A DNA stretch of 54,951 bases from a virus (lineage: Duplodnaviria; Caudoviricetes): positions 1-54,951 of the IMG/VR virus record IMGVR_UViG_3300047157_000021. One strand, given 5' to 3'. The notes below the pieces were generated by a model. It worked only from the letters and a program-made list of their open reading frames with translations. It had not been told where the DNA came from and made no database searches. Both the position numbers and the translations under genes were made by a program. Below are positions 31,831 through 39,872 of the stretch, one piece after another (position 1 is the first letter of the stretch; the number at the start of each line of letters is the position of its first letter).

Positions 31831-32597
31831 TATACATTATCTCCTAGTGTTGTCAGACTTAGTATGTCTGTGGGGTCACGATACTTTAGATCGTCATTGA
31901 TACGTAAAACTTTTATCGTGGATACGTAGCCACGTAACTCTCTTGCGAATTGCAGTGTCTTAGGTAATGCGTCAGGGTCAAGCGCAATAATAATAGTTGA
32001 GAACTGCGACAAGTACGTCTTGTGTGCGTCAGTTAATGATGTACCCAACACTGCCACCCCGACAAATACATCACTACCAATAGCCGCTGCACTTACGCAG
32101 TCCTCAACCACTACAGCCGTTTTACCACATCCATGAGCGTAGGGCAATCTGTTTTTTCCATAGCGTTTCCACTTAGGAATACGGATGCCCAACGATCTGC
32201 CTGTAGCATCGACCATTACTCCATCGTGTATAACAGGGAACACTACACGATGTTCTTTTACATCATACATAAGACCCAATACCTTGGGGTCAAGATCCCA
32301 CTTGTCACAGAAGTCACGTATCTTTAAGTGATCCCGCACCAAATAGTCTGGCTTGGAAAAAGATACAGCGTGTGTCTCTTCTGCAACAGAACCTAAGCTC
32401 TTACGTATGTCATCAGCAGATAGCTGAGTACGTGTACCACCTGACGTACCACACCCAGCCTTGTAACAGTTCCAAATAATTGATCCCATATTGTTAGTGA
32501 TTGTAAACGTATTACGCCCATTACATTTAGGACATGTCATACGTTTAGTTTCACCATTAGATAGTGATATATCATTCAGTATACTGTTAATATTCAT
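31830..32597 (-). CDS. DNA primase (zinc finger plus Toprim)
   Basis: CPKC..CYKAGC; VVVED; ALDPDA. Confidence 0.88.
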   Translation of the reverse strand: MNINSILNDISLSNGETKRMTCPKCNGRNTFTITNNMGSIIWNCYKAGCGTSGGTRTQLSADDIRKSLGSVAEETHAVSFSKPDYLVRDHLKIRDFCDKWDLDPKVLGLMYDVKEHRVVFPVIHDGVMVDATGRSLGIRIPKWKRYGKNRLPYAHGCGKTAVVVEDCVSAAAIGSDVFVGVAVLGTSLTDAHKTYLSQFSTIIIALDPDALPKTLQFARELRGYVSTIKVLRINDDLKYRDPTDILSLTTLGDNV

Positions 32598-32630
32598 TGT
32601 ATAATCTTTCTGTGTTGCTCACTTAGTTCG

Positions 32631-32661
32631 ATTATATAAGCGATTCGTTTCGTTGTGTCAA
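32631..32661 (-). promoter_or_regulatory. Sigma70-type promoter upstream of primase
   Basis: TTGACA-17 nt-TATATA (TATAAT at 19 nt). Confidence 0.6.
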
Positions 32662-33723
32662 TGCATTATTTGCACTGACGTAAGTATGTTTCACATATGG
32701 TTTCACAGAAGACACATGATTGTGTCCTGTCACCGCCATGACTTGGGGCAATGATACACCTGCCTCAACCATCTGTGTTACACCAGTCCTACGCAAGTCC
32801 ATAAGACGTAGCTCTTCTGGTAGTTCAGCTAACCGCATGACCCTTCTACCCACTTTGGATAGTCGTTCCATAGCATATGGTTTGTACACCCTACCCATAG
32901 GTCTAGGATGAGGTACTACGAAATGAGTAAGCGTCTGATACATAGCCCGTTGCTCCTTCAACATCTCACACAGATCATCTGATACTGGTAGTGACACGTC
33001 AGATCTACGCTTGCTCTGCTCAAGGTTAAGCCTCTTACCTTCAAGATCTAGGCTATGCCATTGTAACATACGCATGTCACCTAGTCGCTGACACCACTCG
33101 TATGCCATCTGAACAATCAGACCCACACTCCTGTACTCAAAGTCACTGTAAGCAACCTCAAGAAATCTAACCACATTGTCGTGTGTCCATACCACCTTTC
33201 GTTGAGGTGGAGACTTACGCTTGATGTTAGCCCAAGGATTATATGTGGTATGCTCCATCTGTATCGCATAGTTGTACACCCTACTTGCACAGGTTGCCGC
33301 ATGATTAGCAAAACTTACACCACGTTTGACCCATTCTTCATATGCCCTCTTTGCAACCTTAGCGGTAACGTGTTCAAACTTACGACCACCCATTGTCTGG
33401 TGCAGTATGGTAAGAAAGTACCTGTAGTCCACCTTAGTTGTATCACGTAACATATTGAAATCATTAGACCTATAGTAAAAGTTAATAAGATCTGTGACCT
33501 TGCTGCTCGACTTGATATGCCCAACCTTAAGTTGTTCTTCACGCCACGCATCAATAGCCTTGTTATGCTTACGGACAATCTGACGCACCTGCTTTAGGTC
33601 ACTCCCATACTCCTCACGTTTAACCAGACCCTCATCGACTAACATCTGAGGTGGGTTGAAGCGGTATGAGATCACCCCAGAGGGTGATTCTCGTTCTTGT
33701 ACATAGCGTGGAAGTTTAGGCAA
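32632..33723 (-). CDS. int: Tyrosine recombinase / integrase
   Basis: QRLGD, QSK, DLRRTG, TGH, terminal PY. Confidence 0.88.
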   Translation of the reverse strand: MPKLPRYVQERESPSGVISYRFNPPQMLVDEGLVKREEYGSDLKQVRQIVRKHNKAIDAWREEQLKVGHIKSSSKVTDLINFYYRSNDFNMLRDTTKVDYRYFLTILHQTMGGRKFEHVTAKVAKRAYEEWVKRGVSFANHAATCASRVYNYAIQMEHTTYNPWANIKRKSPPQRKVVWTHDNVVRFLEVAYSDFEYRSVGLIVQMAYEWCQRLGDMRMLQWHSLDLEGKRLNLEQSKRRSDVSLPVSDDLCEMLKEQRAMYQTLTHFVVPHPRPMGRVYKPYAMERLSKVGRRVMRLAELPEELRLMDLRRTGVTQMVEAGVSLPQVMAVTGHNHVSSVKPYVKHTYVSANNALTQRNESLI

Positions 33724-34572
33724 TTATGCAGCCTCCAACTGAATGAAACGATCATCAGATACCCACTTAGATACCTCTTGCTCACGTGACCACATGCTTA
33801 CAGCCTGTGTGTCATTGCCAGTGTTACGCAGGTTGAAACCATTACGCTCATCAGCATATGATGCATAGTTAGTGAAGGCAGAATATAGTGCCCACTTGTT
33901 GTGACCACGTTGTGAAGCCTCTTGCATGTATAAGCTGTACATCTTCTCAGCCTTGCGCTTAGAGTTAATCATGCTCTCAAGCAGTGAGCTTACATCTACA
34001 TACTTGAGGTCAGTCTGTGCCCACACTTGCATCTTACTGGCTTCTTCGTAGAAGTCCTTACGTGCACGTGTCAGTTCATAGATAAAACTTTCCATAGTAA
34101 AGTTAGATGTATTCTTCTTACGCACCTTGTCATACTCTCCACGTATCATGCCATTGGTACAGTAGAAATCAATAGCACCAAAGTAAACTTGGTTGCTGCA
34201 TGATCCATCAATACCATGTAATGATATAATACGATTGCCAATCTCTGTAGTATGCTTGTCTGTTTCAACAACAGTTTTCATGTTAGGCAGGGTGATGTCG
34301 AGCATAGCCCATGCCCCATTACGTGCGGTACGCCAGTTCATCTGGGCATCTTTCACCTCATCAAAGGATAGTTCATCTGTCACTGTGTCAAGGACACCAC
34401 GATAGAAGTCACCATGTGATGCACAGGTAAACGTGCTACCTACCACGCCAAGGTATTCACCTGACGTAGCATTGATGACATACTTCTTGTCCTTTACTTT
34501 GGTAGGTTCAAACTCTACATCAAAGTCCATGTACTCAGGGATGATGTCATCATTAATTATATCAAAAGCCAT
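33724..34572 (-). CDS. DUF932/DUF945-family protein
   Basis: YLGVVG, HGIDGS, CTNGM, WALYSAFTNY.S pattern; AAGGAG RBS. Confidence 0.75.
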   Translation of the reverse strand: MAFDIINDDIIPEYMDFDVEFEPTKVKDKKYVINATSGEYLGVVGSTFTCASHGDFYRGVLDTVTDELSFDEVKDAQMNWRTARNGAWAMLDITLPNMKTVVETDKHTTEIGNRIISLHGIDGSCSNQVYFGAIDFYCTNGMIRGEYDKVRKKNTSNFTMESFIYELTRARKDFYEEASKMQVWAQTDLKYVDVSSLLESMINSKRKAEKMYSLYMQEASQRGHNKWALYSAFTNYASYADERNGFNLRNTGNDTQAVSMWSREQEVSKWVSDDRFIQLEAA

Positions 34573-34654
34573 ACTATTATCTCCTTATGTTTAGTATGCG
34601 GCAACTGTGCCATAGTTATGTAGGGGATACTACCCCTGTACTAGTAACGATAAG

Positions 34655-35041
34655 CTATTTGTAGAACAGGTGTGACCCATAAGTCACAGTGTACTCTAGT
34701 TTGTCAGCCCAGTAGGGCCGTACATAGTTTGCATGGTAGTGCGTGGCACCTAATGTGATGTCCGTCACGTCACCCTGCATTACATCTGCTGCTACCATCT
34801 GGGCATAGGCCCATGCATACGGCTCACGTGGTCTGTCGGATCTACCATCACAGTACCAACTGAACTGACAGGTGCCATCACTACGTGACTGCTTGACCAC
34901 AGAGCATACATCATCTGGGAATTTGTCATGCTGTACACGATTGATGACCACATGAGCTACGGCATACTGCCCTGTCATGGTATCACTACGTGCCTCAAAG
35001 TATACGTTCAGTGCAAGGCACATCAATGCTGCTTCAATCAT
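34655..35041 (-). CDS. SleB-like cell wall hydrolase (Hydrolase_2)
   Basis: CLALNVYFEAR, AVAHVVINRV, CQFSW, GATHYHA, HLFY. Confidence 0.92.
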   Translation of the reverse strand: MIEAALMCLALNVYFEARSDTMTGQYAVAHVVINRVQHDKFPDDVCSVVKQSRSDGTCQFSWYCDGRSDRPREPYAWAYAQMVAADVMQGDVTDITLGATHYHANYVRPYWADKLEYTVTYGSHLFYK

Positions 35042-35103
35042 TTAGTATTCCTCTTGGGTAAGGGTGTGTCTGACCAATCATCACAGGGGTCATCCGTTGG
35101 CAC
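35038..35103 (-). CDS. Possible 21-aa peptide MPTDDPCDDWSDTPLPKRNTK
   Basis: GTG start after AGGAG; stop overlaps the hydrolase ATG. Confidence 0.35.
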   Translation of the reverse strand: MPTDDPCDDWSDTPLPKRNTK

Positions 35104-35482
35104 TGGCTTCTTCTCCTGATGTGTAGACTGATATAAATATACGTGTTCCATCGCCATCGCTCTCGCTGTCTGAGATGAGGCGCACTTCATTACCTGCATC
35201 TGCATATTGCTTTAGCTTTTGTATGCTAATGCGTCTATCACCTCGCTTGCCGCTGCGATAGAATGTGATGTCAGCCTCTGTGCCATCAATGTATTCGCCT
35301 GTGATAGTGAACTTGTTACGTTCAAATCTATCTTTCTCAGAGTTATAAAACTGTTCTGTAAAAAACTTGTCGGTGTAGTCCATACCAAAGTCTTCTAGCA
35401 AAAAACTTTGAACAGTTTTGTTGGCGTCAATGATACTCTTATCAAGCATCGTGTTAGTCAGTTTTATTCTAGCGTCTGTCAT
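35090..35482 (-). CDS. Hypothetical protein, possible DNA-recognition domain
   Basis: GAGG RBS; TMLDKSIIDA...FYR...GDRRI...LKQYADAG. Confidence 0.65.
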   Translation of the reverse strand: MTDARIKLTNTMLDKSIIDANKTVQSFLLEDFGMDYTDKFFTEQFYNSEKDRFERNKFTITGEYIDGTEADITFYRSGKRGDRRISIQKLKQYADAGNEVRLISDSESDGDGTRIFISVYTSGEEASANG

Positions 35483-35721
35483 TGTAACCTCATTGGTGTT
35501 TCATATACATATTCTATGTCTTTGTATTCTTCTGCCTCATACTCTTGGCAGTCGATAAACTCTACGTTGGTTGCATCCTGATGGGCATGACGCGCCATCA
35601 AGATTGCAAAGTTAGCTGCATCCGACCAAGAATTAACAGCAGGATAGGTATCATCTAATGCAATGATACTATCAACACCATCAATCTGTAGGTGGATCTC
35701 ATAAGATTTAATGCTTGGCAT
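35479..35721 (-). CDS. Hypothetical protein
   Basis: Start moved to ATG 35721 to reduce overlap. Confidence 0.6.
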   Translation of the reverse strand: MPSIKSYEIHLQIDGVDSIIALDDTYPAVNSWSDAANFAILMARHAHQDATNVEFIDCQEYEAEEYKDIEYVYETPMRLQ

Positions 35722-35998
35722 TGTAGTACCACGCACGTTCATCATTAGGTAACACATATTCTTTCCAATGTGCGGGTCTATCTGCATACTCATCATGTTT
35801 CTGTGGCTTAAAACTAAAAGTTTCTTTCAGTCTCCACGTTTGATGTCGTAAGTCACGTAATGTGGACAGGTCTATGTCAAACGTTTCTGATGCCTCATCT
35901 AACATACTGTCTAACGCAATGTACAACTCAAGCATTTCTTGTGCTTTGTCCTCTTGAAGTAGGTATGTTAGTTTCTCTGGTGTTTTTTTCTTAGTCAT
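35708..35998 (-). CDS. Hypothetical early protein
   Basis: AAGGAG RBS. Confidence 0.7.
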   Translation of the reverse strand: MTKKKTPEKLTYLLQEDKAQEMLELYIALDSMLDEASETFDIDLSTLRDLRHQTWRLKETFSFKPQKHDEYADRPAHWKEYVLPNDERAWYYNAKH

Positions 35999-36182
35999 AT
36001 TGTACTCCTTTTCTTATTACATCATTATACTCATAGGGGTGTTCTTCCCACTCTCCACCCATAGGTAGATTGATTTCGTCTTTTATACAATCCGCAAAGA
36101 CATCGTACCCATCATAGCACCAACCGTCTTTGTTAGACCACCCTTGCTCGCCATCTTCTTTGTTTATTATAATATAATTCAT
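35991..36182 (-). CDS. Hypothetical early protein
   Basis: AAGGAG RBS, ATGA coupling. Confidence 0.7.
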   Translation of the reverse strand: MNYIIINKEDGEQGWSNKDGWCYDGYDVFADCIKDEINLPMGGEWEEHPYEYNDVIRKGVQYD

Positions 36183-36574
36183 GGTCTTGCTCCTTCTGCA
36201 TATATGTATGGTCTGTTGACGGTATTATACACTACCATACTTGGTTGTATTCTTAGCATTGCACGTTTGGCTGAAAGGACAGGTCTTACGCCCTCTACAT
36301 CAACGAATGTATCCCATTTGTAAGGGTTGTATGACACAAGTGAGTAACCCAAATAGTCTGGATCAAAATCGTTAAACACTGTTATGTCACCACGTACAAA
36401 GGCATGTACATTTTTCTTGCCCTCACGCAGTACACGCTCACGTCCTGCCTTACGTACTACAAACGTAGGATTGTCTATGTGTACTTCATCAGTGTGAAGT
36501 ATCACCCTGCCCGTCTTACACGAACGAACAGACCATATGTATTTGTGTAGATTGAAATATACTTCAACTCTCAT
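36179..36574 (-). CDS. Conserved phage hypothetical protein
   Basis: VYFNLHK..SVR..AGRERVLREGKKNVHAFV pattern; AAGGT RBS. Confidence 0.75.
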   Translation of the reverse strand: MRVEVYFNLHKYIWSVRSCKTGRVILHTDEVHIDNPTFVVRKAGRERVLREGKKNVHAFVRGDITVFNDFDPDYLGYSLVSYNPYKWDTFVDVEGVRPVLSAKRAMLRIQPSMVVYNTVNRPYIYAEGARP

Positions 36575-36620
36575 CTGACTTACCTTTCAGTCGAAGGGTG
36601 TGAACAATAGGTATATCATA

Positions 36621-36959
36621 TTAACCTGTCTTTTTCAACTGCTGATCCACATCATCCAAGAAGGTGATCAGGATCTTACGCATACGCATCAACTTGCCAC
36701 GCTCCATGTTATACTTGCCTTCGATCATACCAAGGTCTTTGAGTACCTTGACACGATAGGCAATGCGGTTTGGATACTCATTGAGTACCTTGGCAATCTC
36801 AGCCATAGTCATCTCACCCCAAAGCTCATTGATAACCTCGTCAATTACAGCGTAATTGTAAGTGTACTTACGTGCCTTACTCATGTGGAATGTATGGTTT
36901 GCATACAATTCTGGGTGTGCTGTTTTTACTACGGGTGCTGTTGCTGTTGAGTTAGTCAT
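36621..36959 (-). CDS. Putative winged-HTH DNA-binding protein
   Basis: TMAEIAKVLNEYPNRIAYRVKVLKDLGMIE; AAGGAG RBS. Confidence 0.65.
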   Translation of the reverse strand: MTNSTATAPVVKTAHPELYANHTFHMSKARKYTYNYAVIDEVINELWGEMTMAEIAKVLNEYPNRIAYRVKVLKDLGMIEGKYNMERGKLMRMRKILITFLDDVDQQLKKTG

Positions 36960-36971
36960 GTGTATATCTCC

Positions 36972-37175
36972 TTAAGATATTTTGTTTGAACGATAGTTAG
37001 TTACGCTATTGCGTAGAGTTAGTTTACGTGAACGATCTTTCTTTCTGTCAATCTTCCACGCTTGCCGCCTTCGATTAGGTCCAACGTTGGACTTAACCTT
37101 AGTCATCTTGATGAAGTTTTGCATTTCGTATCGCATGTTCATTCTCCTGTTTGCGGTTACGTTTAGCCTTGCCAC
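36972..37175 (-). CDS. Small basic hypothetical protein (true start probably an internal ATG)
   Basis: AGGAG precedes the MNMRYEM starts; fills gap. Confidence 0.5.
   Translation of the reverse strand: MARLNVTANRRMNMRYEMQNFIKMTKVKSNVGPNRRRQAWKIDRKKDRSRKLTLRNSVTNYRSNKIS
37075..37096. repeat. Palindromic site, copy 1
   Basis: TTAGGTCCAACGTTGGACTTAA. Confidence 0.95.
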
Positions 37176-37281
37176 CTTTCTTAGGCGGCACGACCTGTGG
37201 GGATTTGCGCTCCTGTAACATAGCCTTTGCCACAGGATTACGGTATGTTACAGAAGTTTTCTTAGCCATGTTCAAATCCAT
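37099..37281 (-). CDS. Small basic hypothetical protein
   Basis: RNPVAKAM...VVPPKKG pattern. Confidence 0.6.
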   Translation of the reverse strand: MDLNMAKKTSVTYRNPVAKAMLQERKSPQVVPPKKGGKAKRNRKQENEHAIRNAKLHQDD

Positions 37282-37891
37282 ATGTTACACATTCTACGTG
37301 ATACCTAGACACTACGTCACCAGTATCTAAGGCACGATTGGCACGATTGCCAGCCACATATTTGCACCAAGTATCCCACCAATATTCAGCGCCTTCTTTT
37401 TGGCAAAGCTCAACGTAGTCCTCTACCTTGCGGCGTACTGTCGCAGCTTTCATGCCTGATGGTGGTGTCTTGACAAGGTTAGGTGATATACCTAACCGCT
37501 TGATATTGTGGCTGTCAATACATGCCACATTGAAGCCTAAGCATTGAGCTAGGAAGGCAGCTTTTACCATGCCAAGGTTAGGTACAGCCATGAATAACTG
37601 GATGACATCAGCACATGCTTCTACGCTTTCGTATCCTTTGGTGTCCACTATGTGGTAGAGCTTGCCATACAAGAACTCTTTGTGATCGTTTAGATACATG
37701 TAGCCATCAGCTTTCTTACCCCACAAACAATCAGCATGGTATCTGTCACGTTCTACTTTGACCATGCTGCCACGCACTGTGGACAAGCCAGCTTGTATTG
37801 TAAGCAGTACAAACAAGCCAGTGTTTACCAAGGCATCTGGGCCACGCCATTTTACGAAGGCTTTAATTTCATTTACATCACGCTGATACAT
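37262..37891 (-). CDS. HhH-GPD superfamily (DNA glycosylase-like) protein
   Basis: LFMAVPNLGMVKAAFLAQCLGFNVACIDSH; GGAG RBS. Confidence 0.6.
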   Translation of the reverse strand: MYQRDVNEIKAFVKWRGPDALVNTGLFVLLTIQAGLSTVRGSMVKVERDRYHADCLWGKKADGYMYLNDHKEFLYGKLYHIVDTKGYESVEACADVIQLFMAVPNLGMVKAAFLAQCLGFNVACIDSHNIKRLGISPNLVKTPPSGMKAATVRRKVEDYVELCQKEGAEYWWDTWCKYVAGNRANRALDTGDVVSRYHVECVTYGFEHG

Positions 37892-38133
37892 TATACTAAT
37901 TCTCCAATCAATGTTTCACAGGCTTCGACGATATTAGACATGCTTTCTTTTATAGAAGGCGACAGCCAATCGCCATTTGAAATAGGTTCAGCGAAGCTGT
38001 GGATACGTGTCAAGTCACGATGTATGTCACGTAAATCTTGCATCACTTGCCATGCTTCATGGGCGGCTTGTTGCTGAGCGTCAATCTTATCTAAGATTTG
38101 CATTATACTTCCTCTCCAAACATACTGTTCCAT
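37891..38133 (-). CDS. Hypothetical early protein (start probably ATG 38103)
   Basis: GAGG RBS and TAATG coupling at 38103. Confidence 0.6.
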   Translation of the reverse strand: MEQYVWRGSIMQILDKIDAQQQAAHEAWQVMQDLRDIHRDLTRIHSFAEPISNGDWLSPSIKESMSNIVEACETLIGELV

Positions 38134-38303
38134 TCAGCGGGTGTAACCCCTGAGATTATAAACTCACGCTCATCGACAGAGAGGTGAGGCATGACGTTTT
38201 GGATTAACTCACCGTCAACCCATGCGTCTAATTGTGATTGTGTAATGGGCAATTCCATTACGTTAGTGTTACCAGTGAGATGTGAAGTGCGAGTAATTAT
38301 CAT
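38103..38303 (-). CDS. Conserved hypothetical early protein
   Basis: AAAGGA RBS; LIQNVMPHLSVDEREFIISG. Confidence 0.75.
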   Translation of the reverse strand: MIITRTSHLTGNTNVMELPITQSQLDAWVDGELIQNVMPHLSVDEREFIISGVTPAEWNSMFGEEV

Positions 38304-38319
38304 TTTAACTTTCCTTTAG

Positions 38320-38341
38320 TTAGGTCCAACGTTGGACTTAA
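38320..38341. repeat. Palindromic site, copy 2 (intergenic, next to an RBS)
   Basis: TTAGGTCCAACGTTGGACTTAA. Confidence 0.95.
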
Positions 38342-38346
38342 GTTTC

Positions 38347-38478
38347 TCATTTAAGCAGGGCAGCTTTAGCTTCATCCACATTCTCAAAGAATGAGATTGA
38401 GCGCTGACCTGTGATCTTACAAGTACGGTAAACATGCCAGAAACCATACTGATCTGTGATGACTTTAATCGTATTCAT
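38347..38478 (-). CDS. 43-aa hypothetical protein (not in ORF track)
   Basis: MNTIKVITDQYGFWHVYRTCKITGQRSISFFENVDEAKAALLK; AAAGGA RBS. Confidence 0.75.
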   Translation of the reverse strand: MNTIKVITDQYGFWHVYRTCKITGQRSISFFENVDEAKAALLK

Positions 38479-38505
38479 TTAACTTCCTTTCTAGTATATG
38501 TATAC

Positions 38506-38543
38506 GTTATTTATACTTTCAATAAATATCAAGTATAAATAAC
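38506..38543. other. Inverted repeat with 13-bp perfect arms
   Basis: GTTATTTATACTT-12 nt-AAGTATAAATAAC. Confidence 0.85.
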
Positions 38544-38564
38544 TTATACTATACATAGAGTTTG

Positions 38565-38780
38565 TCAAGCTGGGTTCCATTCATGCTGGGGTAATTCCAC
38601 AGCGGCGTCTTTTCTCTCACGAAATTCTACTTCGTAGCCTCGCTTTTCCCATCTGTCAGCACATCTGCGCATAGCTTTCCCAGCCAGTTCACAGGCACCA
38701 TCATATGGCTTGGTTTCAAAGATGGTTTCACCATCATCATTTAATACAATTACAGAGTAATTCATTTGGGTTCCTTCCAA
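38565..38780 (-). CDS. Hypothetical early protein (start probably ATG 38765)
   Basis: AAGGA RBS, ATGA coupling. Confidence 0.65.
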   Translation of the reverse strand: MEGTQMNYSVIVLNDDGETIFETKPYDGACELAGKAMRRCADRWEKRGYEVEFRERKDAAVELPQHEWNPA

Positions 38781-38983
38781 CCGCTATCAATCACCATCTT
38801 GCCCATCATTGGCACAAGTGTACCTCTAGGCTTAGATGATTCCATCAGGTCATCCACACTTGTGAAAGGTTTAGGTCCAACGTTGGACTTAAGCTGTCTC
38901 GCCTCATCCAGACGCGCACGAAGGGCATTGGTACGCTGAGAGCGCACCTCTGCCTTGGTTGATGTGTGTTGCTTGTATCTCAT
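38762..38983 (-). CDS. Hypothetical early protein
   Basis: ATGA coupling. Confidence 0.65.
   Translation of the reverse strand: MRYKQHTSTKAEVRSQRTNALRARLDEARQLKSNVGPKPFTSVDDLMESSKPRGTLVPMMGKMVIDSGWKEPK
38871..38892. repeat. Palindromic site, copy 3
   Basis: TTAGGTCCAACGTTGGACTTAA. Confidence 0.95.
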
Positions 38984-39570
38984 GCCGCAGCCTTTTCTTC
39001 TGAGGCTGATACGCTGTCATATTCCATGAGCATCTCAGCAAGATCCAGAGGATCAATGTTATTTGCCATGCAAACCTTGATAAGCTTGTCGAAGACAACC
39101 TGCTTTGTGACTGGTCCAACGTCGGACTTAACAACAGCTTCGCTGGGTGTTTCAGCTTCGCTGACTGCTACAGCTTCGCTGTTTTCTGTTGTCTCAGCAA
39201 CCTCTTTAGAGGTAGCATCTTTCTGCTTCATTGCTCTCTGCAAAGCAGACAGTGAAGTAAAACCTTTCTTTGAGGTTTCAATGAATGCTCTGCATTCTGA
39301 TTCGTTCTCAACAAACCAAAGAGCTTCGCTCCGACGCCGTTTGTCGATCAAATGAAGATGGCAATCACGAAGCCTTTGGCTTGGGATACGATCACCACCC
39401 TCAGCTTTTAGCTCGACCATCAGCTTTCCAAGCTGTGTATCAAAGCCTTCAGCTTTGGTTGAAAGTTTGAATCTTTTCTTGTCAGCAGCTTCGATTTTAG
39501 CCCACTGTTCTGAAAGAACCTTGCCTTGATCTTCGAGGGTTGAGATGTTTTGAATTTCGAGATTTGCCAT
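38980..39570 (-). CDS. First early gene, hypothetical protein
   Basis: AAAGGA RBS, 196 aa. Confidence 0.8.
   Translation of the reverse strand: MANLEIQNISTLEDQGKVLSEQWAKIEAADKKRFKLSTKAEGFDTQLGKLMVELKAEGGDRIPSQRLRDCHLHLIDKRRRSEALWFVENESECRAFIETSKKGFTSLSALQRAMKQKDATSKEVAETTENSEAVAVSEAETPSEAVVKSDVGPVTKQVVFDKLIKVCMANNIDPLDLAEMLMEYDSVSASEEKAAA
39110..39131. repeat. Palindromic site, copy 4 (variant)
   Basis: ACTGGTCCAACGTCGGACTTAA. Confidence 0.9.
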
Positions 39571-39586
39571 TTTGAGCTTCCTTTAT

Positions 39587-39670
39587 CTATCTTCTATTTT
39601 TATATGAGAGAATCTATATCTCTCACAAGAAGTGAGATATAGTTCTATCATTAAAAATGTAAGAAGATAG
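39587..39670. other. Long imperfect hairpin upstream of the first early gene
   Basis: Nested pairs CTATCTTCT/AGAAGATAG, ATTTTTA/TAAAAAT, ATGA/TCAT, AGAA/TTCT, CTATATCTC/GAGATATAG. Confidence 0.8.
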
Positions 39671-39850
39671 TATAAGTTTTGGAGATTGAAAAGCTGCCTC
39701 GCGATCCTCTGCGCCTGCCGTTTCACACGCTGTTGCAAGAAATAATATTCTCTTCGATAATATTTTTCTGAAACTCATGCGCTAAACTTGCGACCTCAAC
39801 CCACAGCTTCACCACCTTAACTGTGACATTTTAGCAACATCAAAGATGTT

Positions 39851-39872
39851 ATAGGTCCAACGTCGGACTTGA
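39851..39872. repeat. Palindromic site, copy 5 (variant, non-coding)
   Basis: ATAGGTCCAACGTCGGACTTGA. Confidence 0.9.

Noticed and set aside
32598-32640. attP or tRNA fragment from GTTCGA
   Set aside because: Only a 6-mer, with no T-arm stem or acceptor end
38541-38568. Minus-strand TTGACA promoter
   Set aside because: Best -10 (TATAAG) is only 14 nt away
37075-39872. CRISPR array from the palindromic repeats
   Set aside because: Spacing is 239-1245 bp and irregular, copies lie inside genes, and there is no cas operon
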